DNA of 64,000 nt from the human T2T-CHM13v2.0 reference genome, Homo sapiens. The number at the start of each line of letters is the position of its first letter. Position 1 is the first letter of the stretch. The stretch lies in assembly GCF_009914755.1 (NCBI RefSeq), contig NC_060932.1; one strand, 5' to 3'. The notes beneath the pieces are model-generated. The model made no database searches. It was given only the letters and a program-made list of their open reading frames with translations, and was not told the origin of the DNA. A program made the position numbers and the translations under genes. Below, in pieces: positions 17,113 to 33,083 of the stretch.

Positions 17113-17872
17113 TGCGTGCATGTGCATGGGTGCACAGCCTGTACATATGTGTGTGTGTGCTCCTGCGTGCACGTGCATGGGTGCACAGCCTGTACATATG
17201 TGTGTGTGCGCCCCTGCGTGCACGTGCGTGGGTGCACAGCCTGTACATATGTGTGTGTGCGCCCCTGCGTGCACGTGCGTGGGTGCACAGCCTGTACATA
17301 TGTGTGTGTGCGCCCCTGCGTGCACGTGCGTGGGTGCACAGCCTGTACATATGTGTGTGTGTGCCCCTGCGTGCACGTGCGTGGGTGCACAGCCTGTACA
17401 TATGTGTGTGTGTGCCCCTGCGTGCACGTGCGTGGGTGCACAGCCTGTACATATGTGTGTGTGTGCTCCTGCGTGCACGTGCGTGGGTGCACAGCCTGTA
17501 CATATGTGTGTGTGTGCTCCTGCGTGCACGTGCGTGGGTGCACAGCCTGTACATATGTGTGTGTGTGCTCCTGCGTGCACGTGCGTGGGTGCACAGCCTG
17601 TACATATGTGTGTGTGTGCTCCTGCGTGCACGTGCGTGGGTGCACAGCCTGTACATATGTGTGTGTGTGCTCCTGCGTGCACGTGCGTGGGTGCACAGCC
17701 TGTACATATGTGTGTGTGTGCTCCTGCGTGCACGTGCGTGGGTGCACATTGTGTACATATGTGTATTTGTGCTCCTGTGTGCACATGCATGGGTGCACAG
17801 CCTGTACATATGTGTATGTGTGCTCCTGCTTGCATATGCATGGGTACACAGCCTGTAACTACATGTGTGTGA
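17113..17872. repeat. 51-bp minisatellite (VNTR), ~15 copies
   Basis: Unit ctgcgtgcacgtgcgtgggtgcacagcctgtacatatgtgtgtgtgtgctc; 17-aa periodicity in all six ORF frames. Confidence 0.97.
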
Positions 17873-18497
17873 GCCTGTGGGTATGTGAGGGGAGTGAGGG
17901 ACCCTGAGGGACTAGAAACTTCCTTAAAGGCCATTTGAGAGAGTGCTGCTTTCTATACCACCCACCCTAGGGCAGTTAGGCAAAGGTGTGCCTCCCTTTA
18001 AGAGGACCTAGCGGTCGGTCTGGTTTACAACATAGGTTATCAGGGAGTAGTACTTTGGCCTGGAAAAGGAACCTTTATTTTGGAAAAGATTTGTAATCTC
18101 TGTGGCTTGTTTGATACACATTGGAAACCTGACTGGAAACTCAGGCCACCAGCATCTGTTGGGGGCACATGTTTGCACTTTTGGTTATGATGCCACGGCC
18201 CTGGTTCAGGTATCCTAAAGAAGATAATTAATGATGAAAATGATTGGTGTAGATTTCATACCACAGAGCACTGTGGTTTGTATAGTAAGACACAGTGATG
18301 GTGTGGACCCATGCACAGCCAGCTTTGCAGATGTTAAGAATAGCGACTTTGCCTGACATAATTGGTGTCTGCACATGGGATTAAACAAGTAAGATTGATG
18401 TGAATTTTATTCTTTCATTTTTTATGTAGACTCACTGATTGGGTAACTGTGGAAATAATGTCACAGTGCCTTTTTAAGTTAAGAACATGTAGTTGTG

Positions 18498-18797
<300 letters not shown>

Positions 18798-20184
18798 ATA
18801 AAATGTAGTTATGAAAAGATTTCTAAGCATTTTTAAGCATTTTATATTAAAACAGGAATTCAGAACAAATCAAAACAAAACAATAAAACTGGGGATGAAG
18901 GAAACTCAATTTTAAATATAAACTTTGGCAGGTGGGTGGTGAATCCGGGTGTTGTGAGTCATTTGCTGGCTTGTTTGTCACATGGCCTGCTCTATAAGTG
19001 TCACCCTAATTGATGTATTCGTTTGGAGTGGGTGCTCTTCTGAGGTTTTTGTTTCCCCCTTTCTTTGGGGTGCACTGTGTGTGCATGGTAAGAACAAGGG
19101 CCATGGAATTAGAGAATCTTGAGTTTCTAATGCAAATTCAGTTCCAAGCAGTGTGACCTGGTTGTTTAACTCCTTTGAGCCACCCCCGCCCATGGCCCTC
19201 ATCTGTACCCTGAGGATAATAGTGTGGGCTTTGCAGGCTTTTGGTGAGCAAGTGAGATGATGTAGCAAAACACCCAGCCCAGAGCCTAGCACCAATTGGT
19301 CTGTAATCCATGCTGCACGGACACAGCCATTCTCTGGATGTGGCCTCTTCTGCCTCCACTGTGAGGTCAGAGACTGAGTCACTGCAGGAGTAACCTCTCC
19401 TTGGCAAGCAGCGGGAGTCATTTCATCCCAGCCTTTCAGGAGGGTGAATCTGCACCTGGGGTCCAGAGTCTCAGAGATGAGACGTGAGCCAGGCGCTGAT
19501 TCATCATGATGCAGGCTGTGGAGACTCTAGCCATGGTTTCTCCATGCAGGAGTGAGGTTGGGATAAGGGGTCTTTCTGGGGGCTCTGTGCTCTGTGGCCC
19601 CTGCTGCTCCGGACTGGTTCATTGGAGAAACCTGTCACATTCTCTAGACCGGTTGCCACGCCATGCTCACAGTCTCTGTTCTTGCCTTCCTAGGTGGGAA
19701 GTGAGTGATGACCCTGAAGTGAGGACTCATCTCTAGATCTCCAAGGGCTGCAGCTCAGCCAGCACTTTACAAGGGTGATCTGGAGCCAAACTGGCCTGTT
19801 GGCTGACCATAGGTGACTCTGGGTAGCCCATACCCAGGCTCAGCGGCAGTTGGGGAGCTGCCTCGATTTCTGGTTACAGAATTCCTGGAACTGAGTCACT
19901 GCAGTAATTGCTGTGATGAATTGTGTTTACTTTGTGTGGGATTCCAAACTGTAGCAGCAGTGACTACAGCTGGAAGACAGCATGATCAGCAGCTTCCAAG
20001 GCAGAGCCTGGCGTCAGAAAGCTGCATTGCGCTAATGCTGAAGCCTGTGGGAGCCTGTTGGAGAGACACTTGGATGTTTAGCGAGCTGGTGACTCTCCTT
20101 GTCATGAGTAAGCTTAGGACCTTGGGCAAGTCATCCAAACTCTTCTGGGCAAGTCATTCTCCTGCTTGGATGCCTTGAGGCAGA

Positions 20185-20470
20185 GAGGCAGTGAGGTGAA
20201 GTGGTCAGTGCGTCGACTCTGCCTCTAGCCTGCTGGGGTTTGAATCCACCTGTGTGATGTTGTATGATATTGACCTTTCTGGCTCTCAGCATCCTCTTGT
20301 GTGAAATAGGAGATTTTAACAGTATCTATTTCGTAGGGTTGGTGTTTGAATGAGTTAACATATGTAAAGTGAATGGTACAGTGCCTGGCTTCCTGGCAAG
20401 ATTGCTATCAGGATTAAGGCAGGTTAAGCCCTTGGCACACACTAAGAGCTCAATAAATGTGAGCTGATGT
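20185..20470 (+). mobile_element. MIR
   Basis: gggtttgaatcc...tgtgaaataggagat...aagagctcaataaatgt. Confidence 0.6.
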
Positions 20471-21158
20471 TATTGGTCCTTTATTACTATTCAAGAAGCC
20501 TGCCCAGCCCTCCTCCCTCTCCATCCACACAGCAGCCTGGTACCCGCTGTTCTCTAGGTTCTGGACACACGTTATGACATGTTCTGATGATCTGGCTTAG
20601 ACAGTGGGGCCCTCGAGGTAGGCCCAGAGGACTTGGTCCTCACTGCCTCTGTGGCGCCTTGCACTGGGTCCAGCTGACGTGGAGAGAGACTCAGGAAACA
20701 GTGGCTGAGTGTGACTTTGGCTGGCATAGTGGTTGCTGAGAGAACAGACAAGGTTCTCTCTCACGACATACAGATTTCAGATCAGGGAAAGTCCCAGCTG
20801 GCATAAGTTTATCGAGCATCTCCCATGGACAAGATCAGCTGTGGGTGGAGCCTTGAAGTACATGGTAGAAGGACAGCGAGTCTTCCCAGGCCAGGGCTTC
20901 AAGTGAGGAGACAAGATATAGCCTCCCAGAGAATTCCTATAATGCAATCGTGAAAGAACCATACCCAGCAGGAGGCCGGGGAAAGTGACTCCTGCAACTC
21001 TAGGAAGGCTTCCTGGAAGAGGTGGAACGTGAGCAGCATAGGATTTTGAGAGAAGAAATGGAATGGGCTGAGGGAGATTCTGCTGGTGGAGGTTCAGGTT
21101 GACCTAAGGGCTGGCAGCAGTGGAGGCCCCCCACGAGTGAGTTTGAGGGGCCTCTTTA

Positions 21159-21582
<424 letters not shown>

Positions 21583-21599
21583 GTGAATAAAGAGAGAAG

Positions 21600-22830
21600 A
21601 AAGGCGGGGCACGATGCTATTTAAGTCTACGAGCATCTTATAGCATTGTTTACATCCCAGCTTTTCACTGACCCTTCCTTTACCCCCGCCCCCATCCCGT
21701 GGCCCTTGCTCTGTCCTGCCCTTTCTGTACGGCGTTTTCTCTTCCCGGCTCCTCTGCCCCCAGCCCCACGTGCCAACTTGTTTCAGCCTGGCAAGGAGGC
21801 CTGCTGGTATCCCAGCCATTTCCTGCCCCAAGGCCGCCCACCCTCCTCCGATCTAGCATGGCCTTGCCCTCCGTAGGCAGGCCTCACCCCTGCGGCAGCC
21901 GGGAAGCAGGGCTCCTGTTTTCTGCCTGTTTACCCTGGCGCAGGGACAGGTAGATCATGTAGCACTGCTGGGATGCCAGCTGCGTAAGTCTCCGGCAGTG
22001 GGCACAGGCGGAGGGCAGGGGGCATTCCTCTGGGCTGACTCGAGCCCGGCCTGCCTGGCACAAGACCCCCTGCTCCTGGAGGCAGCTCAGGGGCTTGCTC
22101 ATGGCTGCCCTGGCTCTGCGCTGGGCCGCTGAGTCATCGCTCAGCAGTGAGGCCTCTGAGTCACAGTGCAGCCCTGGACTGGACAGTGAGTGCCTTGTGG
22201 GACCCTCCTGGGCTTTCCTGTCCCTCAGAGCATTTAAAGGGGTCCCAAATTGTCATGTGACCCTCTCTGATGCCAGAGAGACACTCTAGGTCTTTCGCGC
22301 CCTGGTCATTTTACAGAACTGTGGCTGGATGCCAGGCATTCAGAGATACATTCCTCAATCTCGGTCCGCCTTACAGGATCCAGCATCGAAGAGTTCAGTT
22401 CAAGTCAGCAGCCGAGTTACAGGAAAGCAGCCAGGGCAATGATTCAGCAAGTCCAGGCAGGAGTGAACCAGGCAAGATTTCGGGAGGAGAGGGCTGGGTC
22501 GCGTGTCCTGGCAGGGCCACAGGAAGAGCATACACATCTCCTGCGTCTTCGTATTTTGTGAGTGTCTTGAAATGACCTTGAGAATCTACGCAATACCATG
22601 AAGAAGCAGGAGCAGGAATACCATTTATCCATTGGCACAGGGTAGCATGCTCAGTGTGCACTGAGGTTGTGAATTCTTGTCCTGACCCAAAGATGCTGAT
22701 GCTGTCCTTATACCCATTTCACGGTTGAAGAAACTGAAGGTGTAGTAGGAGAAGATACTGACTCAGAGGCACAGAGTTAGAAAGCAGCATGTCTGGGATT
22801 TGACCCCAGACCTGTCTGACTCAGTTTACT
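21600..22830. promoter_or_regulatory. Putative intronic enhancer (GC/CpG-richer, four AP-1 sites)
   Basis: TGA(G/C)TCA at 22130, 22157, 22759, 22817; mostly unique sequence with retained CpGs. Confidence 0.5.
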
Positions 22831-22916
22831 ATTTTAAACTACCCGATTCAAGTTAAGTTTCTCTCCTCTCTCTCTGTCTCTCTTTCTCCCACGTGGCTGC
22901 TGGAATCTTCCCTAAG

Positions 22917-23081
22917 GACCATAGCTGTCTGCAGTACAGGAAGCCAACTATTAAGGGGAAACAAAAGTGTTCTTAGGAGTCCTGCTGTCACTGTGGATTG
23001 AGCCGGTGAAGCCCTGAGGGATTTCATCGCTGAGGTGGATGGAGAAGCAGCTGGGGGCCTTGGCTGTAAGGACCCCTAAGG
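22917..23081 (+). ncRNA. PVT1: Probable PVT1 165-nt exon
   Basis: CT-rich tract 22859-22890, cctaag|GACC acceptor, AAGG|gttagt donor; length 165 nt and ~35.5 kb distance to the 410-nt exon fit my recollection of PVT1 structure. Confidence 0.7.
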
Positions 23082-24080
23082 GTTAGTGTCTGGAGCTTGG
23101 GGGATGGGAATGGGTCCCGGTGTGCGGAAATTGGATGGCTCGCTGACCCCAAGGGGAAACCCTTGTTGACGCTGTAAAGTGTCTTCTGGCCTTAGAGAAA
23201 CCCTCTAGGGTTCAGGTTCCAGCTTCACCCTCCTTTAGTCAGGTGGCTTTGGGGGGGACATTTCTGCTGGCCCTGGCAGACACTGGACTAGAGCAGTGTT
23301 TCTAAAGTGTAGCCCCTTCTCTCTCCCGGGAAGGGAGACAAGTGGGTGAGGGGATTGGAATCTGCATTCATAACACACTCCCCAGGAGAGACTGGAGAGC
23401 ACCTTTCCCGGTGAACTCCCGTCATGTCAGGCCTCAGCAGACTGAGCGGGAACCCCCACCAGCGAGGTTGCTCAGGACAGCGTTTCTCTTGGGCCTGTGT
23501 TTGGAACAAGTATCCTTTGAACTAATCACTAACCTGTGAAAATGGATAGACCTCGTGTGAAAATGAAAATGTCTGGCTTCCCTTCTGAGGAGCGGAGGCA
23601 TGAAAGGTGTGGCCGGTAGGGGTGGGGGCCCCACACCTGTGCAGCCGCCCTGGCCAGAGCCCACAAGCAGCGTCCCCTGGTCATGCCCCACTCCCTTCTC
23701 CATAATCTCGCCCCTCCCTGACCAGGCCACCTGACGTTGCCATTTATATTCAAGTTCATTCCGTTGTTATTCTTTTAGAAAAGAGAGATGAGAAATATTT
23801 CTTGTGCCTACATCTTTATCAAAAGTAGAGCAAGAAACTTGAGGACTCTGTTTCTAGAAAAATGAGAGTGGGCATCCCTCTTCTCTGAAAGGAAGAATTT
23901 CCATACCTGCCCTCTACCCAATGTGTAGACGAAAGGATGAGTGTCCTTTTGGTGTGTGGAGAGCTTTGATGGGGCATGTGATGTGTAGGGCTTAGGGGGT
24001 ATGCTGGGGTGGCTGGGAAAGGTGGTTGGGTGTCCTGGGAAGGCTTTTATAGACACTGCGTGGCAGGCCTAGGACTCTAA

Positions 24081-24403
<323 letters not shown>

Positions 24404-24705
24404 CAGCCAGCTATATTAACTCAATGGAATTCTTGTTGAGGACTAAAATGGAGTTTTTGTTGAAGACTAAATAAGTAAATGACAGTGGAGTATTGTCATT
24501 ATCCCCATTCAATAGATAAGGAAATTAAGGTTTAGAGAGTCACAGTAACTGGTCCTGGCTACACAGCCAGTCAGGAGCAAGGCTAACATTTAGGCCTAGA
24601 GTGCTCTCCTAACCGCTATGCCTGGGGTGAGGAGGGAAACCTTCCATCCTTGTGTCATCCCATTTGATATATTAGTTACTGAAGCTGAAGCTAAAATAAT
24701 CCGAG

Positions 24706-25020
24706 GGCTGGGCGAGGTGGCTCATGCCTGTAATTCCAGCACTTTGGGAGGCCGAGGCAGGTGGATTGCTTGAGGTCAGAAGTTCGAGACCAGCCTGGCC
24801 AACATGGCGAAACCCTGTCTCTGCTAAAAATGCAAAAATTAGCTGAGCGTGGTGGCAGGCACCTGTAATCCCAGCTACTCGAGATGCTGAGGCAGGAGAA
24901 TTGCTTGAACATGGGAGGAAGAAGTTGCAGTGAGCCAACATTGTGCCACTGTACTCCACCCTGGGATACGGAGCAGGACTCTGCCTAAAAAATAATAATA
25001 ATAGTAATATAATAATAATC
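24706..25020 (+). mobile_element. AluS
   Basis: Sense Alu; TSD aataatccgag. Confidence 0.94.
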
Positions 25021-25150
25021 CGAGAGTGCTTACCATGTGCCTACATTGTTCTGGGATACTGAGATGAATAAGACCTCTTTTGGGCCTTGATGACTTGGTT
25101 ATAAGAAGAGGCAGCTCGGTTCCCCCAGGGACTCTCAACAGTTAGGGACA

Positions 25151-25468
25151 GGCTGGGGCATGGTGGCTCCTGCCTGTAATCCCAGCACTTTTAGAGGCTG
25201 AGGCAGGAGGATGGAGTATGTCCAGGAGTTTGAGACTAGCCTGGACAGCATAGTGAGGTCCCATCTCTACAAAAAATAAAAAATTAGCTGGGCATGGTGG
25301 TGTGTGCCTATAGTCCCAGCTACTCAGTAGGTGAAAGAGGAGGAGATGGGAGAATTGGTTGAGCTCTGGAGTTGGAAGCTGCAGTGTGCAGTGATCACAC
25401 CACTGCACTCAGTCTAGGCCACAGAGTGAGACTGCCTCAAAAAACAAAACAAAACAAAGCAAAAACAA
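25151..25468 (+). mobile_element. AluJ-like
   Basis: Diverged sense Alu. Confidence 0.9.
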
Positions 25469-25784
25469 TTAGGTACAGAAAGGGAGGAGCATCCACATTT
25501 TCTGACATTGTTTATTGCTTTTTTACCCTCATGTTCTCCCCTCTCCTGGCATTGCCTGGCACTTGGGAGAAGTTTCATAAATATTGGTCGAATGAATGAA
25601 TGGATATTAAATCATTTGTGTTTTCTTTTGTGAGTTGAAACCGTCTTCAAATGAGTCTTCAAAGTGCTCTGATTCGTATGGTGGAGTGTGATGAAGTTAA
25701 ACTCTGGGTTGAGAAGAGAGGAAATGTGAGTTAAGGAAATAAAGAGAATGGAGTTGAATGTTCAGAATCTTTGGAGTGCTGTCA

Positions 25785-26316
<532 letters not shown>

Positions 26317-26564
26317 TTAAATATTGGCCAAAAGGCCAGATGTCAAAGTGGACTTTCTATTTTTGATGGAAAATTTCAAGCCTGTTTTCTGTAAAGGAAT
26401 GATTATTGTACAAGGATTTCTGGAACTGCAACTGGCCCATAGATGGTGGCCATTATAGTAGTTTCCTATGAAATCTACTAATGTACAGCAAGCAGTTCTG
26501 TGACTTTCAGTCACCACTTGGTTTCTTTTTTTTTCTTTTTCTCTTGTGGACTACACTTGAAGAT

Positions 26565-26918
<354 letters not shown>

Positions 26919-28252
26919 TGAGTATTTTCTTCCTCACAACCTTCTTATGCTTGTCTGTAGTTGGCTGTCTCATTTTGGACAATTTTGATTGTCGGCTTGG
27001 CTCTTCAACTGCCTGTGTTGTTGTATTCTTAGAACACACAGAACAACCAGGTCTGGGCTTCTTATCTTGCGAGGCAGGTGAAGAAAGACTAGGAACAATG
27101 TATTTGGGTGCCCACCTCATACCGGCCATGACCTTCTATTGAGGAACAGCAGGTAGATGAAGCAGCTTTCTCATATTACGCCGTGGCTGACTCCAAACTT
27201 GAACTCTGGTCTCTGTTTTTGGAGCTTGCTTCCTTCCTACGACCCTAGACTGCTCCTCCTAAATAATTAAGTGGCAAACATGGCACAGACAGTAACCTCA
27301 CATAAGAAGCTATGAGGTTAGGACAGAAATATCCACTGCTGGCCTGCGAACTATTCACACAGGTCTGACTCCCCGCCAGAGTCCTGGCTGCCCTGGTCCT
27401 GTGGAATCCCGTCATGGCTTCTGTCTAAACGGAGCAGGCTCAGGGCCATGCTGAACTTGGAGAAATCTGTGCAGGAGTCAGATTTGGGCTTTAGAGTCAC
27501 CTGGGGTTGAATCTCGGGCCTGCTATTTATTGAACCTGTCCTAGCCTCAATCGCCTTATCTGTACCATGGGGATGATACCATCTAGGTCGAAGGTAGTTG
27601 CAGGAGATTCTCATGCACGGAGGCCCTTGGCCGTCATTTGTTTCTTTGTCTCTACAAGCAGAGAGGCTGAGTCATACAGATCCTGAGGGGAGATCACTTT
27701 CTCTTCCCTCCTTTCGTGTGTCATCTCCACCTGGGTGTGGTGAGCCCCAGGAATAATGCTGTGACATCAAGCCCCGTGAACACCTCCTTTCACACGGACC
27801 CCGTGACTGGCTGCGGCTGCCAGCGGTGATGAGAACTGATGACACTCCAGGGCTACCAGGAACGGTGTGTGTGCCTCTGGGCAGGGCCACTTCCTAGAAC
27901 CATGGGGCTGCTCTGTGAAGAGAACCGGCTCCCAGTGAGCTCCAGGAGACGAGGAGCAGGTCCTGGTGGCGGAGGTGCTGGCGCAGGAGGCCGGCTCCTG
28001 GCAGAATCGGCTTCCAGCTCTGGGCACTGGGGTGCGGTGTGGGACCAGCAACAGGCTGCTCCTCTGCCAGGAACCGCCAGAACCAAAGTCTTCTCGAAGG
28101 CATCTTCAGAAGGCAAGCACAGGGCTGAGCACTCCGGAGAGGAGCCTTTGGGGGAAAACTTTTTCTCGGAGCTTCGGAGCTCAGGGAGTACTATGGGGGA
28201 GATTCACTAGGTTGATGCTTTGCTGATAGGCAGCCCTGTAGAGAAGACAAGG

Positions 28253-28601
<349 letters not shown>

Positions 28602-28994
28602 TTAGCACTTGGTCAGGTGGCCATTTCTCTCCCTCCTACTCGGTGACCTTCTCAAGGGCAAGGGGCTCCTTGAAGAGTGTCTTTCACATTGAAACATGCA
28701 CAGAATGGTGGCTTATGACCCATGGTAGAGGCGTGAACTTGGGATGCCACTGTGGACGTGTCCCCAGCCTCCCTCCTCATTGGTGTACTGATATCGTGTT
28801 GCCTTGGACCTATTACCTCACCTCTTCCTGGTGATTTCACCTCAATATCCCCTTTCTCCTATGCTTCTGTTTTTCCTTCTACCCTTCCATGTTTTTTTCT
28901 CCCAACCATTCTTCTGTATTTTATTCCACCCAGCCACCCTTTCATCTAACCAGCCTTCCACCTAGCTAGGCTTCCAACTAACTATCCTTTTTTA

Positions 28995-29237
<243 letters not shown>

Positions 29238-29877
29238 TCACCCGTAATTATCACCCATCATTCTGACACTTAGCAATAGTCACCCTTAACATCTTGTTGT
29301 CTTGCTTTCAGATGGTTTTGTTTTTGACATGTTTTTTTTTTTAACTTATATTATGACCATCTCCTCTATGTCTTTTAAAGTTTTAAAAACTTGTTTTGAA
29401 TATCTTTTCCATATTTCATTATGCACCTGTACAGGAAAGGTACTCCATAAGTAGGTTTTTCTTCTCTGTAAAATGGGGAAAATAAGAACCCCTTCTACAT
29501 GGGGTTGTTGCGAGGATGAGGTGAAGAAAGTTGTCAAAGCCCCTCGCTAGTACCAGGCACAGAGCAGGTACTGGGCGCATGTTGCCTGCTACTGGTATTA
29601 TTGTCATTGTCATTGCTAATCATCAGCCAAGTCAGTCCTGCGGGGCTTTCAGATTTCCTCTGCTTTTACCTGTTGCAAGGTATAAACCTTTTCATGTGTC
29701 TCTGATTGTTTTCTTGGCAGAGCCACCCACACCCCAGGAATTTAATAGGGTCTTGATGCATTCCCAGCTTGCTGTTGAGGAGTATTTAACCAGTCACCAC
29801 TCCACAGGCAATATTAGGGGTTGCTGAGGCAGCCTCCAATAGTGTGAGCATTCTAATTACTGCAGCAAACTCTTTTA

Positions 29878-30190
<313 letters not shown>

Positions 30191-30194
30191 TTAA

Positions 30195-30475
30195 CTTTTA
30201 ATTTTTATTTTTTAGAGACAGGGTCTCGCTTTTTCACCCAGGCTGGATTGCAATGATACGTTCATAGCTCAGTTCATAGTTCATAGCTTAGACCTCCCAA
30301 GCTCAAGAGATTCTTCCACCTCAGCCTCCCACAGGTGCACACCACTATGCCCAGCTAATTTTAAAATATTTTTTGTACACATGAGGTCTCACTATGTTAC
30401 CAGGCTGGTCTCAAACTCCTGGCCTCGGGCAATCCTGGACTCCCCAGATGCTGGAATTATGGGTTGAGCCATAGC
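30195..30475 (-). mobile_element. AluJ-like
   Basis: Diverged antisense Alu. Confidence 0.88.
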
Positions 30476-30810
30476 CTGCAGCAAACTCTTAAAACATGAG
30501 GGGAACTATCTTGTTATAAAGTTGCTTTTCTTTGACTACTGGTGTGGTTGGCCAGCTTTTCATGTTTATGGCTTATTTGTGTTTGTTAACTGGTCATTTC
30601 CTTTGGGGTGTTAGCAATTTTTTTCTCATTGATTTGTAAGATCTGTCTTGATTAACTTGTGAATTTTGCAGATGGTGGAACCGGGGTGCCCCACAGTAAG
30701 TCCCCTTTGTTAGGCATCCTGTCCCTGGATTCGACACCTCCATTTCTATGGGGGACATTTCTTTACAAATCTGCATCTGATTGTGATACCAAACCATGCT
30801 TTGCAAGTGA

Positions 30811-31180
<370 letters not shown>

Positions 31181-32323
31181 AGTTGCCAGTTTTTAATGTT
31201 CTCAGGTGAGTGGCATTTGCCAAGGAACTTCTCTCTTCCCTTCTGTCTTCATAAACAAAAAATCCTACTAACTTCAGGTGTCAGTTTAAAAGTCATCTCT
31301 TCTGGGAGCCCCACCTTAAACCCCTAAATCAGCTGTTGGCGTCGGGGGTGGACTTCTCCTTTGTTGCACCAATTGCAATTTCTTACTTAGGTGTGTGCTT
31401 GTGGGAACATTTTTGTAATATCAGCTTCTCTGCTAAGGACAGCGATCATGTCTCTTTTATCATTTGGTATGTGTTGCTGCAGCACTTAGCACAGTGCTTA
31501 GCTTGGAAGCCAAAGCCCAGAGGGGTAGAATGACTTGCTTGAGGCCCCTCAGCTTGGACCTGGCAGATCTGGGACCCGGTGTCTGGGCCCACCTTCAAGC
31601 TGGATCCCTCAGGACCCTGTGTACCTGTGGCCAGGGCTTTGCTTTGGTGCCTGGATGAGAGTGGTAAGAGTTGCTGAGGTGCCAGGCCTTTGCCCCCATG
31701 CCCGCTGGCATCACTGATTCCAGGTTATTTTGGCTCAGCGCGGATGGAGCGAGATGTAGGGGAAAGGTTGGGACCGGCTTCCAGGTGATTGGCACATCCC
31801 TGCCCTAAACCCTGCATGGCTTTCCTGGGCCTGCCATCCAAGGGGAAAGAAGCCTCTTTCCTCACAAGCTGAAGCTTGAAACCAATCAAGCTCCAGGCCA
31901 GAGAAGCTGCAGGTGGGGTGTGGTTTGCAGTGGGGGTGGGGCAGGAAAGAAAGGTTACGTGGGGTGAAGGGGTCAGGTCAATTCAGTGTGGGTTGGAATG
32001 CTGGGGTCCTGGGTGGGCAGGGATGAAGGACACCTGGGGAGGGGAGAGAGCCTGCCGGCTGGAACTGGGGCCCTGCCAGTCCCCCGCTGCATGAGTCTGG
32101 GCATGCTTCCAATCTCTGGGAGCCTCAGCCTCCTGTCTGTAAAATGGAGCTAATGAGGCCTGCCGTCAGGGTTTGTGGGCAAGATTCAGTAACTGGATGC
32201 CTGCTCCTGGCCCTTGGCAAGCATTCAATAAATGTTGATTTCTCTCCCACCCCTCGCTCCTTCTCTTATTCTTTTCCTGTTGCTTTTCACACGGACATGT
32301 GTTGAATGTGGCAGGATATTTCT

Positions 32324-32617
<294 letters not shown>

Positions 32618-33083
32618 CAGGATATTTCTAACACAGAGAAATTCTCAGTGGAGGCAGCGGGAACTAGAGATAGAGGTCCTCTTGCCTACCAAAGCACCAG
32701 ATGGAGGTGACAGAGGCCATCTTGTCCTAGAGGGACCTGGCTAAGAGGATCTAAGACCAGAACTAGTCTGAGTGCTTGGGATTCATATGGGGCTGTAGAC
32801 GGCAGGCCTGCTTGAACACCAGTGTTCCAATCCCACATCTCATTCTTAGAGCTGTGTGGCCCTGGGCGAGTCTCTTGCCACTATTTCTTCATCCTGAAGT
32901 GGGCACCACATTACTGCACCTCAATTTGGACGAGGATTCTCAGGATGGGGAGGTGGTTGAAATCATCCAGGGGTCACTGGAATCAGGATGGTCCTGGCTT
33001 TTTCAGAAGGACAAGGTGGTAGGTGCCAATCTGGGGGCTTTGCAGATATTGAACGGCAGCCTGAGGATGGGGATAAACCTGGG

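Noticed and set aside
17113-17872. CRISPR-like array
   Set aside because: Head-to-tail identical units without unique spacers, in eukaryotic DNA
16994-17934. Six long overlapping ORFs (242-296 aa, Cys/His-rich)
   Set aside because: Artefact of a 51-bp (17-codon) repeat unit with no stop in any frame; no splice or promoter support
22917-23081. Rolling-circle ORF in a 165-nt circle (length divisible by 3)
   Set aside because: All three frames contain stop codons
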